This document shows, piece by piece, positions 46,450 to 56,456 of a stretch of DNA of 63,861 bases. This DNA is from an uncultured Candidatus Saccharibacteria bacterium (GTDB lineage: Bacteria > Patescibacteriota > Dojkabacteria > J137). Positions within the stretch are counted from its first letter, which is position 1; each line of letters opens with the position of its first letter. The stretch spans positions 1 through 63,861 of the forward strand of contig CAYPVU010000002.1 of NCBI GenBank assembly GCA_964414295.1. The letters run 5' to 3'. The translations under genes were made by a program, and so were the position numbers. The notes beneath the pieces were generated by a model. That model made no database searches, was not told the origin of the DNA, and was given only the letters and a program-made list of their open reading frames with translations.

Positions 46450-47580
46450 TTGCAAAAAATGTCTTCTAAAAAAATAAAACCAAAGAAACCATTAACAAAA
46501 ACATCATTAACTAATTCAAAACTTAGTTCTGTTAGAAAAGTTGCATTATTTATTCTTGCAATTTTTGTACTTTCATTTAATTTAATGGTTAAGGTAGATA
46601 TAAAAGCTGAAAATTCTAATGAAGCAATTACTTTAGAGAATCTACTTAAAGCACATAACGAATATAGAAAAAGTGTGGGTGTTTCTGAATTAAAACTTAA
46701 TAATCTTTTAAATATCTCCTCTAGATATAAAGCCGACGTAATGATAGATAATCAATGCTGGTCTCACTATTGTCCTCCTGGTAAGTCGCCATGGGATTTT
46801 TTTGACAATGCTAGTTATGATTACGTCTATGCAGGTGAAAATTTAGCTGAAGGATTCTATACAATAGATACTGTAATGCAGGCTTGGATTAACAGTAAAA
46901 CGCATAGAGATAATATTGTAAAACCTGAATTTACAGAAGTTGGATTTTCAATTTTGTATGGAGATTATTTAAATAATTCTAATAATATTTTAATTGTTAC
47001 ACATTTTGGTTCAAGGGGAGAAAGCGATGTACTAAATGCTCAAAATCCTAATTTGGAAATAACATCTCCTGAAGATGGCTACAGTACTTCCTCAGAAGAA
47101 TTAGAAATCTCAGGAATCGTAAATGGATTAGATAATGTAAGAGTATTTAATAATAACGTACTACAAGGCGAAGCTGGAATTAGTGGTGGAGTTTTTACAT
47201 ATAGAATCAAAGCATTAAGTAAAGGCAATAACTTGATATGGGCAGATGGGACTAATAGTAATTTGACTTTAAATTCTAATCAAATTTCTGTTAACTACTC
47301 TCTATTAGATGAATCAATTTCTGATTCAGATTTTGAATTAGTAAGTATTTCAGAAGGTGATTTATCTATGTCTCAACACGATAAAAATTTAATTAATTTA
47401 ATATTTATAATTTTTCTTGCTGTAATATTTTTAATAGATATTTTATTAGTATCTAGAAGTTCAGCTATAAATAGCAAAAAATCATTTTCACATTACCACT
47501 TAGCTTTAATTTTATTAGTTGCCCTAGTAGTACTAATAGGAGGCTTTGCTGGACAAATTCAAAACGGAATATCGATTTAA
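46450..47580 (+). CDS. CAP/SCP-domain membrane protein with an Ig-like segment
   Basis: HNEYR...WSH...AGENLA...WINSKTHRDNI; C-terminal TMs. Confidence 0.88.
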   Translation: MQKMSSKKIKPKKPLTKTSLTNSKLSSVRKVALFILAIFVLSFNLMVKVDIKAENSNEAITLENLLKAHNEYRKSVGVSELKLNNLLNISSRYKADVMIDNQCWSHYCPPGKSPWDFFDNASYDYVYAGENLAEGFYTIDTVMQAWINSKTHRDNIVKPEFTEVGFSILYGDYLNNSNNILIVTHFGSRGESDVLNAQNPNLEITSPEDGYSTSSEELEISGIVNGLDNVRVFNNNVLQGEAGISGGVFTYRIKALSKGNNLIWADGTNSNLTLNSNQISVNYSLLDESISDSDFELVSISEGDLSMSQHDKNLINLIFIIFLAVIFLIDILLVSRSSAINSKKSFSHYHLALILLVALVVLIGGFAGQIQNGISI

Positions 47581-47632
47581 TCTAATATTGTTATATAATC
47601 AAATAAATTAACTACCTAATTAATAAAACTAT

Positions 47633-49132
47633 ATGTCTAAATTAAGAATTTTATTACCAGGAGGCAACGCAATTAATCTGTCTAATCCTTTAAATAATAG
47701 TAATAAATATTTATCTTTCTTTTCTTTAGCAGTTAACTATTTATCTATAGCGATAATTGCAATCTTCTCCTTTCTTTTGCCTTTTTCTGGCCAATTAATG
47801 GATAGCGAAAATAATACCTCTACACTTAGATTTATTGTTTTATTTTTAATATTGTTTTTATTTGTTTTTTTAGTTAAAACCCTAATTCAAAAAAGGAGTT
47901 TTATTATTGAACCTAAGGGGTTATTACTTATATTAGTATTTAACTTGATACTTACAAGTTTAAGTATATTAATAACAACAGTAAGAGTTTCCAATACTTT
48001 TGGAACTGATGGTTTTAGATCTTTATCTGGTATTGCATTAATGAGTTTAATAGGGTTATTTTATCTTTTTAATCTCTATTTTGCCGATAAAGCTTTTAGA
48101 GCAAGATTACTCAATATATTTTTAGTCGGTAGTATCTTATCAGTATTTTATAACTTGATTGTACACTCTCAGCAAGATATAGATATTATTATTAATATTC
48201 CATTAATGGTTATTAGCTTTTCTTTATTGGTATATAAAGCTCTTACCAGTACTCAAAAAGTTATTTACTCTTTTGCTTTATTAATATATGGAATTTTAAT
48301 CTTATTAACTCTTCCCTTTAATCAAGTAATGTATAGTGAATTATTCTACTATATTCTTGCTTTGTTTATTTCGTATATGGTTGTAATGTCTTTATATATT
48401 ACACAAAGTAAATACGAGATTAGGAAAAGAATAAAAGAAATTAAATCTAATATTTTAAATTTTTTAAAAGTAAAAAAAGGTTTTACACCTACAAATAAAG
48501 GAATTTCTGATCTTTATTTAGTACTATTTTTTGTAATTCCTTTTATTCTTTTGATTTCTGCACTATTGTTCTATTTGAATTCACCAATATCTTCAAGAAA
48601 TACATTCATAGTCAGTGAAGCTCAACAGTATTCAAATGCTTTTAGAAGCATATCTGGAAATAGTGATTCTTTAACAGGCAATAATATTAGAAGTATATTT
48701 ATGGGAAGGGGTTCAGATAACTATAATACAGCCTATTCATTTTTAGTTAATGTTTTAGTTGTACATGGACTTATTGGATTTGCTATATATGTATTTTTAT
48801 GGATTTACTTTATTAGAACTGCAGTAAAAAGATTTAATAAAGATATTAAAGAAGCTAAAGATTATAAATTATCAGGATTTCTTTTATTTAATGCAATATT
48901 CATTCCAATTGTATTAATGTTTAGCTATTCAAATCTTTTAACTATTGTTTTACTGTGGGTAATTTATTCTTTAATAACTTCTTCGTATATAAAGGATAAT
49001 ATTAATTACCTTTTTACTAAAGATAATTTAAATAAAACAAAAATTTTTGTTATATCTAGAGCAAGTTTAATTATTTTGCTAGGGATTGGAAGTATTTATT
49101 TAATTAACCTTTTGCTATCAGTAATTAAATAA
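47633..49132 (+). CDS. hypothetical polytopic membrane protein (possibly O-antigen-ligase/Wzy-like)
   Basis: About 12 TMs with a large loop ending MGRGSDNY...VVHGLIGF. Confidence 0.6.
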   Translation: MSKLRILLPGGNAINLSNPLNNSNKYLSFFSLAVNYLSIAIIAIFSFLLPFSGQLMDSENNTSTLRFIVLFLILFLFVFLVKTLIQKRSFIIEPKGLLLILVFNLILTSLSILITTVRVSNTFGTDGFRSLSGIALMSLIGLFYLFNLYFADKAFRARLLNIFLVGSILSVFYNLIVHSQQDIDIIINIPLMVISFSLLVYKALTSTQKVIYSFALLIYGILILLTLPFNQVMYSELFYYILALFISYMVVMSLYITQSKYEIRKRIKEIKSNILNFLKVKKGFTPTNKGISDLYLVLFFVIPFILLISALLFYLNSPISSRNTFIVSEAQQYSNAFRSISGNSDSLTGNNIRSIFMGRGSDNYNTAYSFLVNVLVVHGLIGFAIYVFLWIYFIRTAVKRFNKDIKEAKDYKLSGFLLFNAIFIPIVLMFSYSNLLTIVLLWVIYSLITSSYIKDNINYLFTKDNLNKTKIFVISRASLIILLGIGSIYLINLLLSVIK

Positions 49133-49133
49133 A

Positions 49134-50435
49134 TTATCTTATTATCCTTTTTGCAGTAGGTTGATTAGCATTACTGGTCTTACTTACATTTAATAGTAAG
49201 CCTATACCCATTAATGTGGTGATTGTATTACTTCCTCCATAAGTTAAAAATGGTAGTGGCATTCCACCAAAAGGAATAATTGCTAAGTTAGCAGCTATAT
49301 TTAAAAAAGCCTGTACAGATATCCATGTTGTTACTCCTACTGCTATAAGGGCCAGATATTTATTCTTTGAATTTCTGGCTATCTGCAAACCTAACGACAT
49401 AAAATAGAAATAGCCGAATATTAAAATTAAAGAACCCATTAATCCAAATTCTTCTGCAAACACAGCAAAGATTGAATCAGTATATGCAGCTTCCTGCAAA
49501 AAGAATAACTTTTGTCGAGATTCACCATACCCTACACCAAATATTCCACCTGACCCTATTGCAATTAAGCCGTTCCAAATTTGAAAACTCGCACCTTGTT
49601 TATTCTCAGGTTCGCCCTTTACTAATATTTCAACAAAAGACATAACTCTTTCTCTTCTGTAAGGTTCAAGTATGGAAGCTGCCGTACCTACAACTAAAGC
49701 AAGTATTAGTAATATCATTACAAATCTAGTTTCTTTTTTTGTTGTGCTAGCTGCATAATAAATTGCAAAAAAGGTTAATACTATTACTACAATAGTATCT
49801 AAATCTCTTTCTAATAAAATAAACATGCTTAATATAAAAGTTACTAATAAGGGAAATATTGAATATCCTAATTTTATTAATGGATAAAGATATTCATTAT
49901 CTTTGTAAGATTTGACCCATTTTTCCATCTTTATCTTTGTCTTCTCGCCTCTAGTTAACCATAGTGCAGTAAACATTATTATAACTATTTTGGCCAGTTC
50001 AGCAGGCTGTATATCAAAAAGACCGGGGATTCTAATCCATCTTGTGGCTCCATTTAATGTAACAACCCCTGGCATTGGTATGTCGAATACGGCCTGAGGC
50101 AGAATAAAGATAAGTAGTATTGTTCCTACAATTAATAAAATCTTTGTTAAATACCTAAGTCGCAAATAGCTTAGTTTATAGATTATATAGGCTAATACTA
50201 ATCCAATAACAATAAATATAATTTGCCTTTTTACAAAGTAAAACGTATCTTGGTATCTAACAAAAGCTAGTACAGCACTTGCACTAAATATCATTAATAA
50301 TCCTGCTATTAAAAAAGTGATTGTTACAGTTACTAAGGGGATACTTGGTCTGTCTGCACCTTCATTCTTTTTAAGTGTAGAAGGTTTAACCCTGGTAAAG
50401 GATTTATTATTTTTCTTTGAAGATTTATTAAACAT
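49134..50435 (-). CDS. ftsW: SEDS-family peptidoglycan glycosyltransferase FtsW/RodA
   Basis: Motifs GATRWI, QPAELAK, YTDSIFAVFAEEFG, GMPLPFLTYGGS. Confidence 0.9.
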   Translation of the reverse strand: MFNKSSKKNNKSFTRVKPSTLKKNEGADRPSIPLVTVTITFLIAGLLMIFSASAVLAFVRYQDTFYFVKRQIIFIVIGLVLAYIIYKLSYLRLRYLTKILLIVGTILLIFILPQAVFDIPMPGVVTLNGATRWIRIPGLFDIQPAELAKIVIIMFTALWLTRGEKTKIKMEKWVKSYKDNEYLYPLIKLGYSIFPLLVTFILSMFILLERDLDTIVVIVLTFFAIYYAASTTKKETRFVMILLILALVVGTAASILEPYRRERVMSFVEILVKGEPENKQGASFQIWNGLIAIGSGGIFGVGYGESRQKLFFLQEAAYTDSIFAVFAEEFGLMGSLILIFGYFYFMSLGLQIARNSKNKYLALIAVGVTTWISVQAFLNIAANLAIIPFGGMPLPFLTYGGSNTITTLMGIGLLLNVSKTSNANQPTAKRIIR

Positions 50436-50498
50436 TAGTATTAAATGTAGAAACTTTAATCATGATATACTGAAACGTATAAATTTCAATTAAAATTT

Positions 50499-50780
50499 AT
50501 GTTCATTACAATTTTTGCATCTGCAATTAGATGTATTGCTATTCCAATTGTTGCATTTTTGGCTTTATCTCCCACTATGGGAGAAAAATCTGCTTTTTTA
50601 ATAGTTACAATTGCATTAACAGTTACTAATATTCTATCAATAATTTGGCAAGGTTTTAGAATAATTCCAAGTCTTATGCTTTTAAGAGGAGGAAAGATTC
50701 TTAGAATAATTTTAAGAATTATAATTGAGATTGTTAGTACAGTAGGTTTTTGGATTTATTATTTAACAAATTATAATTAA
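50499..50780 (+). CDS. small membrane protein
   Basis: Three hydrophobic segments; adjacent to yhaM. Confidence 0.6.
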   Translation: MFITIFASAIRCIAIPIVAFLALSPTMGEKSAFLIVTIALTVTNILSIIWQGFRIIPSLMLLRGGKILRIILRIIIEIVSTVGFWIYYLTNYN

Positions 50781-50782
50781 AA

Positions 50783-51856
50783 ATGAAAAGTTTATATATT
50801 AAAGATTTGACCGCGATGTTCGGTCTAAATAGGGAACCTTTTGCAATTGGAGAGGTAGTAAGGGCTGAAGATAAATTTGGAAAACCCTATTTAAAGCTAG
50901 TTTTAGTAGATAAAACAGGTAGAATTGAAGCCAAAATCTGGAATGATAAATTAATGAAGATTAATCCTAAAATTTGTGAAGCAGGTTGTATAGTTTTAGT
51001 AACAGGTAAAGTTGAAGACTATAAAGGTAAGCTACAAATTAATATTATTGATCTAGCTGAATGTACAGATATGAAGCTAGATGAATTTGTTGAAACTAGT
51101 GAATTCGATACAGAAGAGATGTATAGAGATCTTATGCATTATGTAGATGGCATTAGTCATAATGGCTTAAAGGGAGTTTTATTAGAAATGTTTAAAGATG
51201 AGGAATTTGTTAAAAACTATAAAACAAGACCTGCTGCAAAGTCAGTTCATCACGATTTTAGATCTGGATTAATACAGCACGTATTGGAAATGCTAGATAT
51301 TGCTTATTCAATGAAGCGATTTTACCCAATGGCAAATTACGATATCTTGACTGCAGGGATAATTCTTCATGATATTGGTAAATTTGAGGAAATGGATATT
51401 AATGGTTTAATGACAGAATATTCTAAAAAAGGCATGCTTGTAGGTCATATTTCCCTAGGAGCAATGAAATTTAGTAGATATGCTATAGGAAAATTGTCAG
51501 AAGACTTGTACTATCACGTACTACATATGATATTATCTCATCACGGTGAATTGCAGTATGGAAGTCCAGTAGTTCCAGCTACTATTGAAGCAGTAATGCT
51601 AAGTTACATAGATAGATTATCCGATAAAGCTCGATGTGCAGTAAAAGCTGTTAGAGAAATTGGTGAAGATAGAGAATTTGGAAACTATAATATGTTTATG
51701 GAGAACGCAAGATTCTGGAAGGGTGGAAACTATGATGATTTAATTAGTTTACAAAGCCCAGATCCTAGTGATGATGTAAAAGAAGAGAGCCATACAGAAA
51801 TAAATTTAGTAACCGATGAAGGAGATCAATTAATATTTACAACAGACAATGAATAA
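50783..51856 (+). CDS. yhaM: OB-fold plus HD-domain 3'-5' exoribonuclease (YhaM/Cbf1 family)
   Basis: DKTGRIEAKIW (OB fold); HHDFRSGLIQH, LHDIGK, ILSHHG. Confidence 0.88.
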   Translation: MKSLYIKDLTAMFGLNREPFAIGEVVRAEDKFGKPYLKLVLVDKTGRIEAKIWNDKLMKINPKICEAGCIVLVTGKVEDYKGKLQINIIDLAECTDMKLDEFVETSEFDTEEMYRDLMHYVDGISHNGLKGVLLEMFKDEEFVKNYKTRPAAKSVHHDFRSGLIQHVLEMLDIAYSMKRFYPMANYDILTAGIILHDIGKFEEMDINGLMTEYSKKGMLVGHISLGAMKFSRYAIGKLSEDLYYHVLHMILSHHGELQYGSPVVPATIEAVMLSYIDRLSDKARCAVKAVREIGEDREFGNYNMFMENARFWKGGNYDDLISLQSPDPSDDVKEESHTEINLVTDEGDQLIFTTDNE

Positions 51857-52496
51857 AAGAAGATTACCAGACGACAAATTTAAAGGAATTAAATATAGAC
51901 CTGATGTAAAAACATATAGGTTATTTTTAGGCATATTCCCTCCTGAAAGCTATATTAATACATTTAGAAGGGTTATTAGAGAATACGAGAAGGAAAAAAG
52001 AAATCTGAGATTAATACCTATGGATCAAATTCATCTAACTTTAAAATTTATAGGTGCAGCTGTAAGTGAAGATAGCAAAAATGCGATTGCTGAAGCTCTA
52101 AACAAATATCAAGGCAGATTTCCAAAGCCAGAAATAAATTTAACTAAAGTACAGTTTGGATTCCCATATCAAAATGATCCAAGAGTTGTAATGTTAAAAG
52201 TTGAAGATAATAAAGAACTAATAAATCTAACAAATGCTGCACACGGCGTTATTAGAGATCTAAGACTTTTAGATACTATTAGGTGGAAAGAAAAAAGTAG
52301 TGGTGACTTTCATATGTCCTTAGCTAGATTAAAGGATGCAGCTACTAGAAGTACTGGTAAATCAGTTGCAGAAATTACAAAAAAAATAACTTTTGATGCC
52401 CCAGAATCATTTGTTCCAGAATATATGGAATTAGTTGAAAGTCAATTTGGCAGACAAGGTATTGTTTATAAAAGACTTGCAAAAATAAAACTATAA
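51849..52496 (+). CDS. thpR: RNA 2',3'-cyclic phosphodiesterase (2H family)
   Basis: RLFLGI; two HxT/S motifs (HLTL, HMSL). Confidence 0.82.
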   Translation: MNKRRLPDDKFKGIKYRPDVKTYRLFLGIFPPESYINTFRRVIREYEKEKRNLRLIPMDQIHLTLKFIGAAVSEDSKNAIAEALNKYQGRFPKPEINLTKVQFGFPYQNDPRVVMLKVEDNKELINLTNAAHGVIRDLRLLDTIRWKEKSSGDFHMSLARLKDAATRSTGKSVAEITKKITFDAPESFVPEYMELVESQFGRQGIVYKRLAKIKL

Positions 52497-52802
52497 TTAT
52501 TCCTTATTTACTATTTTGCTAGTTCTAATATAACCGTTTTTGTTTCTACCTTCTGTTGCATTTTTAAATACCTCTTCTCTATTTAAAGAAGGTTTAACTT
52601 TATCTTCCTGTAGTATATTGCCTCTAAAATCATGCATGTGATGTTGAAATTCGATTCCTTGAGTATCACACTCTTTAATTAAAGAAATGTAATTTAAAAT
52701 ACTATTAAATTCTTCTGCAAACTTTTCTAGTTCAATATCGCTAAATCTTAACTTAGCCAGATTTGCAATATGTTTTATTTCTTCCTTTGATAATTGAGCC
52801 AT
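52497..52802 (-). CDS. gatC: Asp/Glu-tRNA amidotransferase subunit C
   Basis: IKHIANLAKL...ILNYI...LQEDKV...KNGYIR. Confidence 0.9.
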   Translation of the reverse strand: MAQLSKEEIKHIANLAKLRFSDIELEKFAEEFNSILNYISLIKECDTQGIEFQHHMHDFRGNILQEDKVKPSLNREEVFKNATEGRNKNGYIRTSKIVNKE

Positions 52803-52821
52803 ATGTATATTATAACAATTG

Positions 52822-53646
52822 TTATCTCTTTTCGCTTTTTACTATTAAATTATATGCAATATCCTCATATTCTCTAGCTGTTGCCTCATTTATGCTTAAT
52901 AAATAACCAATTGTAGTCATTTCAGCAGATGATTTATCTTCACTATTATCCGAATACTTTATACCTAATGATTTTTGGGCTACATGATAAGCTTCATGGG
53001 CTATAGTTTTTATCATTACTTTATAGAGATAATCAATAGCATGCGAACATTCCTTTATTCTTGAATCATCAAACTCTTCTCCAGTTGTTGTAGCTTCTCT
53101 TATGTATCTATATAAATCTTTCATTAGTAAAAAAAATAGTAAGGAAATTCTAAACTTAAGATTTAAAGAATCCTTCCTGAACTCTATACCTCCAAAATGT
53201 AGAGATTTATATTCATTATTACCATAGTTTTCTATAACTCCTGATTCAATAAACTCAAAAGATAATCTTTGTGATAGTTCCTCAGGATCAAGTCCAAGTA
53301 TCTTAAAGTTTATGACTATATATTTTGCAATATCTCTACATAAGTTTTTGTAAATGACCTCTACAATAGGATCTTCAGAGTAATCCCATTTCATAAAAAA
53401 TCCATCAGAAAATTCCCCTGTGTAGGCACTGCTAGAAGGAGTAAATACTGAACGAATTGATTCTGACATTCTTTCTACTGTACTTAAATCTTCTTCACCT
53501 AGTTCTATATTCGTCTGATTTAAAGGAATTAAATCAAAGCTATCTTGAGATAGTAATCTTGCTATAGTTAATACATCTTTATTCGCTAGATCAAATCCAT
53601 TATCTAATCTAGCTAAGCTCTCTGTTTGAGTCAGTGCGTCTACCAT
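52822..53646 (-). CDS. hypothetical protein with an HExxH motif
   Basis: IAHEAYHVAQ followed by NEATARE. Confidence 0.55.
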   Translation of the reverse strand: MVDALTQTESLARLDNGFDLANKDVLTIARLLSQDSFDLIPLNQTNIELGEEDLSTVERMSESIRSVFTPSSSAYTGEFSDGFFMKWDYSEDPIVEVIYKNLCRDIAKYIVINFKILGLDPEELSQRLSFEFIESGVIENYGNNEYKSLHFGGIEFRKDSLNLKFRISLLFFLLMKDLYRYIREATTTGEEFDDSRIKECSHAIDYLYKVMIKTIAHEAYHVAQKSLGIKYSDNSEDKSSAEMTTIGYLLSINEATAREYEDIAYNLIVKSEKR

Positions 53647-53647
53647 A

Positions 53648-55012
53648 TTACAAAGTTACACTCTCTTTTAGATTAGGTATATAAGTATTTTCAATTCCTA
53701 TACCTTTTAAATGGTCTTGTAATGCTGTTGCTCTATCTATTTCAGCATGAATTAAATAAACTTTCTTTAATCTAGGACTAATAAATCTTTTTAACCATTC
53801 TGTATAGTCGTTAGTATCACCATGAGCAGAAAATCCTTCTAAATGATGAATTGCTGCATTTACATTAACTGATTTTGTTCCAATTAGGACCTTTTTAGCT
53901 CCTTCTACTAATTCACGGCCTAAAGTTCCTACAGCTTGGAATCCAACAAAAATAACTGCGTTCTTTTTATTTTCTAATCCTACAGCTAAATGGTCCATAA
54001 TTCGCCCTCCGTCAGCCATTCCGCTTCCTGCAATAATTACTTGTCCGCTTTTTCTGGTTAGTGCTGCTGATTGTTTATATTTTTTTACATAAATTAAATT
54101 TGGGAAGTCAAATAATGACTCTTGAGAATGTCCTAGAGCCTGGTTGTAAATTCTAGTTACTCTTTGAGCTAATGGACTATCTAACCAAACAGGTAAATCA
54201 TTTGGTAATGCTCCTGCTCTTTTAGCCATTTTAAGATCGTTTAAAACTTCTTGGGCTCTTTGTACAGCAAAACATGGAATAAAGGCATTCCCTCCATTAG
54301 AAGTTGTTTCTTGAATTAAATTAATTAACCTATTAGCAGATTCAAGTCTATCTACATGTACTTGTCCTCCGTATAGAGATTCCATTAAAACATAATCAGG
54401 TTCAAGCTTAAAGTTAGGATCAAAAGTAGGAATTATTGGACTTTGAATTCTTCCAATGTCTCCTGAAAATACTATGGTTTTTGTTTGGCCTTCATCTTGT
54501 ACCTCTATAATAATACTTGCAGCACCTAAGATATGACCGGCAACAATATAAGTAACTTTAATTCCTGGGATAGGTTCAAACGAAGTATCGTAGTTTACTA
54601 CATTAAACATTCCAATTGTTTGCATTGCATCTCTAGTATTGTATACAATCGCTTTTATTTTTGTATATTTCCCGTAGAATTCACCTCTTTGGAATGCATT
54701 TTCTTGTAATTTTGCAGAATCTAATAATAATTCAGTTGTAATTTGAATTGTATTGCTTGTAGCATATATCTTTCCTTCAAAACCAGCTTTTACTAATTTA
54801 GGTAACATTCCTGAGTGATCAATATGAGAGTGTGTAAGTAAAGCAAAATCAACATCTTTTGCGTTATATGCTATTGGTTCTAGGTTGTAGTGTTCTACAT
54901 CTTCGCCTTGGAACATTCCACAATCCACTACTAACTTCCCTAAATCAGTTTTTACTAAGTAATTTGAGCCTGTTACAGTTTTTGCGGCTCCAAAAAATTC
55001 AATTGAAATCAT
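53648..55012 (-). CDS. MBL-fold beta-CASP ribonuclease (YSH1-like)
   Basis: THSHIDHSG, AGHILG, FSGDIG, GSGMADGGRI, FSAHGD. Confidence 0.92.
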   Translation of the reverse strand: MISIEFFGAAKTVTGSNYLVKTDLGKLVVDCGMFQGEDVEHYNLEPIAYNAKDVDFALLTHSHIDHSGMLPKLVKAGFEGKIYATSNTIQITTELLLDSAKLQENAFQRGEFYGKYTKIKAIVYNTRDAMQTIGMFNVVNYDTSFEPIPGIKVTYIVAGHILGAASIIIEVQDEGQTKTIVFSGDIGRIQSPIIPTFDPNFKLEPDYVLMESLYGGQVHVDRLESANRLINLIQETTSNGGNAFIPCFAVQRAQEVLNDLKMAKRAGALPNDLPVWLDSPLAQRVTRIYNQALGHSQESLFDFPNLIYVKKYKQSAALTRKSGQVIIAGSGMADGGRIMDHLAVGLENKKNAVIFVGFQAVGTLGRELVEGAKKVLIGTKSVNVNAAIHHLEGFSAHGDTNDYTEWLKRFISPRLKKVYLIHAEIDRATALQDHLKGIGIENTYIPNLKESVTL

Positions 55013-55087
55013 AATAAAACTTTCTTAAATATCTTTTAATAATAACAGAAATATACCTGGTTTGGCTAAGCAAAAGACTTCTTAAAC

Positions 55088-55441
55088 ATGTTAAAATCAG
55101 GCTGTACTATGCTTAAAAAGGAACAAAGACTTAAAACAAAAGATATACCTCATTTAGCTAGAAAAGGTAAGAAATTATACTCAGACGGATTTGAGTTAAG
55201 GGTATGGTGGGATAATAAAGTAAAGCCCTCGTTTTCTATATCTGTATCGACTGCTATAGATAAAAGAGCCGTTGTTAGAAATAAAATTAAAAGAAAGTTT
55301 AAAGCAGCTATATTAGAGCTTCAAAAAAATAACTATAACTTTAGAAGTGGAAAATACTTAATAATTATTAGAGATATTAAAGTATTAGAAACTGAAAATA
55401 CTGAGCTTTCTAAACAAATCTTTAAAGCTCTTAGCTATTAA
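55088..55441 (+). CDS. rnpA: ribonuclease P protein component (start may be 55109)
   Basis: RLKTKD; ISVSTAIDKRAVVRNKIKRKF (RNR-motif variant). Confidence 0.85.
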   Translation: MLKSGCTMLKKEQRLKTKDIPHLARKGKKLYSDGFELRVWWDNKVKPSFSISVSTAIDKRAVVRNKIKRKFKAAILELQKNNYNFRSGKYLIIIRDIKVLETENTELSKQIFKALSY

Positions 55442-56454
55442 TTAACATTTGGTTTATATGCCAAGTCTCCTCCTAACAATGTTCTTATATCTGTAATTTT
55501 GTGTTTAGCCATTGCCCATCTGTCTAAGCCCAGTCCAAAAGCAAATCCTTGCCACTTTTCCGGATCAATCCCTGCCATTCTTAACATATTAGGATGTCTT
55601 ATACCTGCTCCACCCATTTCTATCCAACCTCTTCCTTTACATACCTGACAACCAGCACCATGGCAATTAAAACATTGCATATCAGGACCTACTCCCGGTT
55701 CTACTTCTGGGTAATATTTATTTCTAAATCTAATTACTACATCATCTCCAAGGAATGATTTGAATAAATATTCTATTGTTGCTAATAAATCAGCAAGACT
55801 TACTTTTTCTTGTACGCAAGTTAATTGGTATTGATGAAAAACAAAATGATTTGTTCTAGTAACCTTTTCGTTTCTATATGTTCTTCCAGGCATTACTACC
55901 TTAAATGGCGGTTCATATTGTTCTAGAACATGTGTTTCTATTGATGTTGTTTGAGTTCTTAATAATAAATTTGGTTCCTCAATATAAATACTGTCTTGTA
56001 AATCCATTGCCGGATGGTCTACTGGAAGATTTGCTCGTTCGAAATTGTATTCAGCTGTTTCAATTTCGGGTCCATCCATAATACTGTAACCAATCTTTTG
56101 TAAAATGCTATTCATTTCATTAATGGTTTGAGTTAACGGATGGATATGTCCTACTTTTGGTTTATTATAAATTAGAGCAGCCTGAATCTGATTTAAATAG
56201 ACATCTAAATTTTTATCTTTTAATGCCGCTTTTGCATTTTCGATTAATACATCAATTTCGTTCTTTAAATCATTTAGATTTTGTCCAAAAGCTTTTCTTT
56301 CTTCAGGTGCAACTTTCCCGATTTCTTTAAATTCATTGGTTACAATTCCATCTTTACCTAGGTATTTTCTCCATAGATCTGTTAAAGCTTCTTCGCTTTT
56401 TAATTCTTGAATCTCCTGAAGTATTTTTACTTTTAATTCTTGATGATTAATCAT
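55438..56454 (-). CDS. pheS: phenylalanine--tRNA ligase alpha subunit
   Basis: HPAMDLQD, LLRTQTT, PGRTYR, YYPEVEPG, GFAFGLGLDR. Confidence 0.95.
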   Translation of the reverse strand: MINHQELKVKILQEIQELKSEEALTDLWRKYLGKDGIVTNEFKEIGKVAPEERKAFGQNLNDLKNEIDVLIENAKAALKDKNLDVYLNQIQAALIYNKPKVGHIHPLTQTINEMNSILQKIGYSIMDGPEIETAEYNFERANLPVDHPAMDLQDSIYIEEPNLLLRTQTTSIETHVLEQYEPPFKVVMPGRTYRNEKVTRTNHFVFHQYQLTCVQEKVSLADLLATIEYLFKSFLGDDVVIRFRNKYYPEVEPGVGPDMQCFNCHGAGCQVCKGRGWIEMGGAGIRHPNMLRMAGIDPEKWQGFAFGLGLDRWAMAKHKITDIRTLLGGDLAYKPNVN

Positions 56455-56456
56455 AT

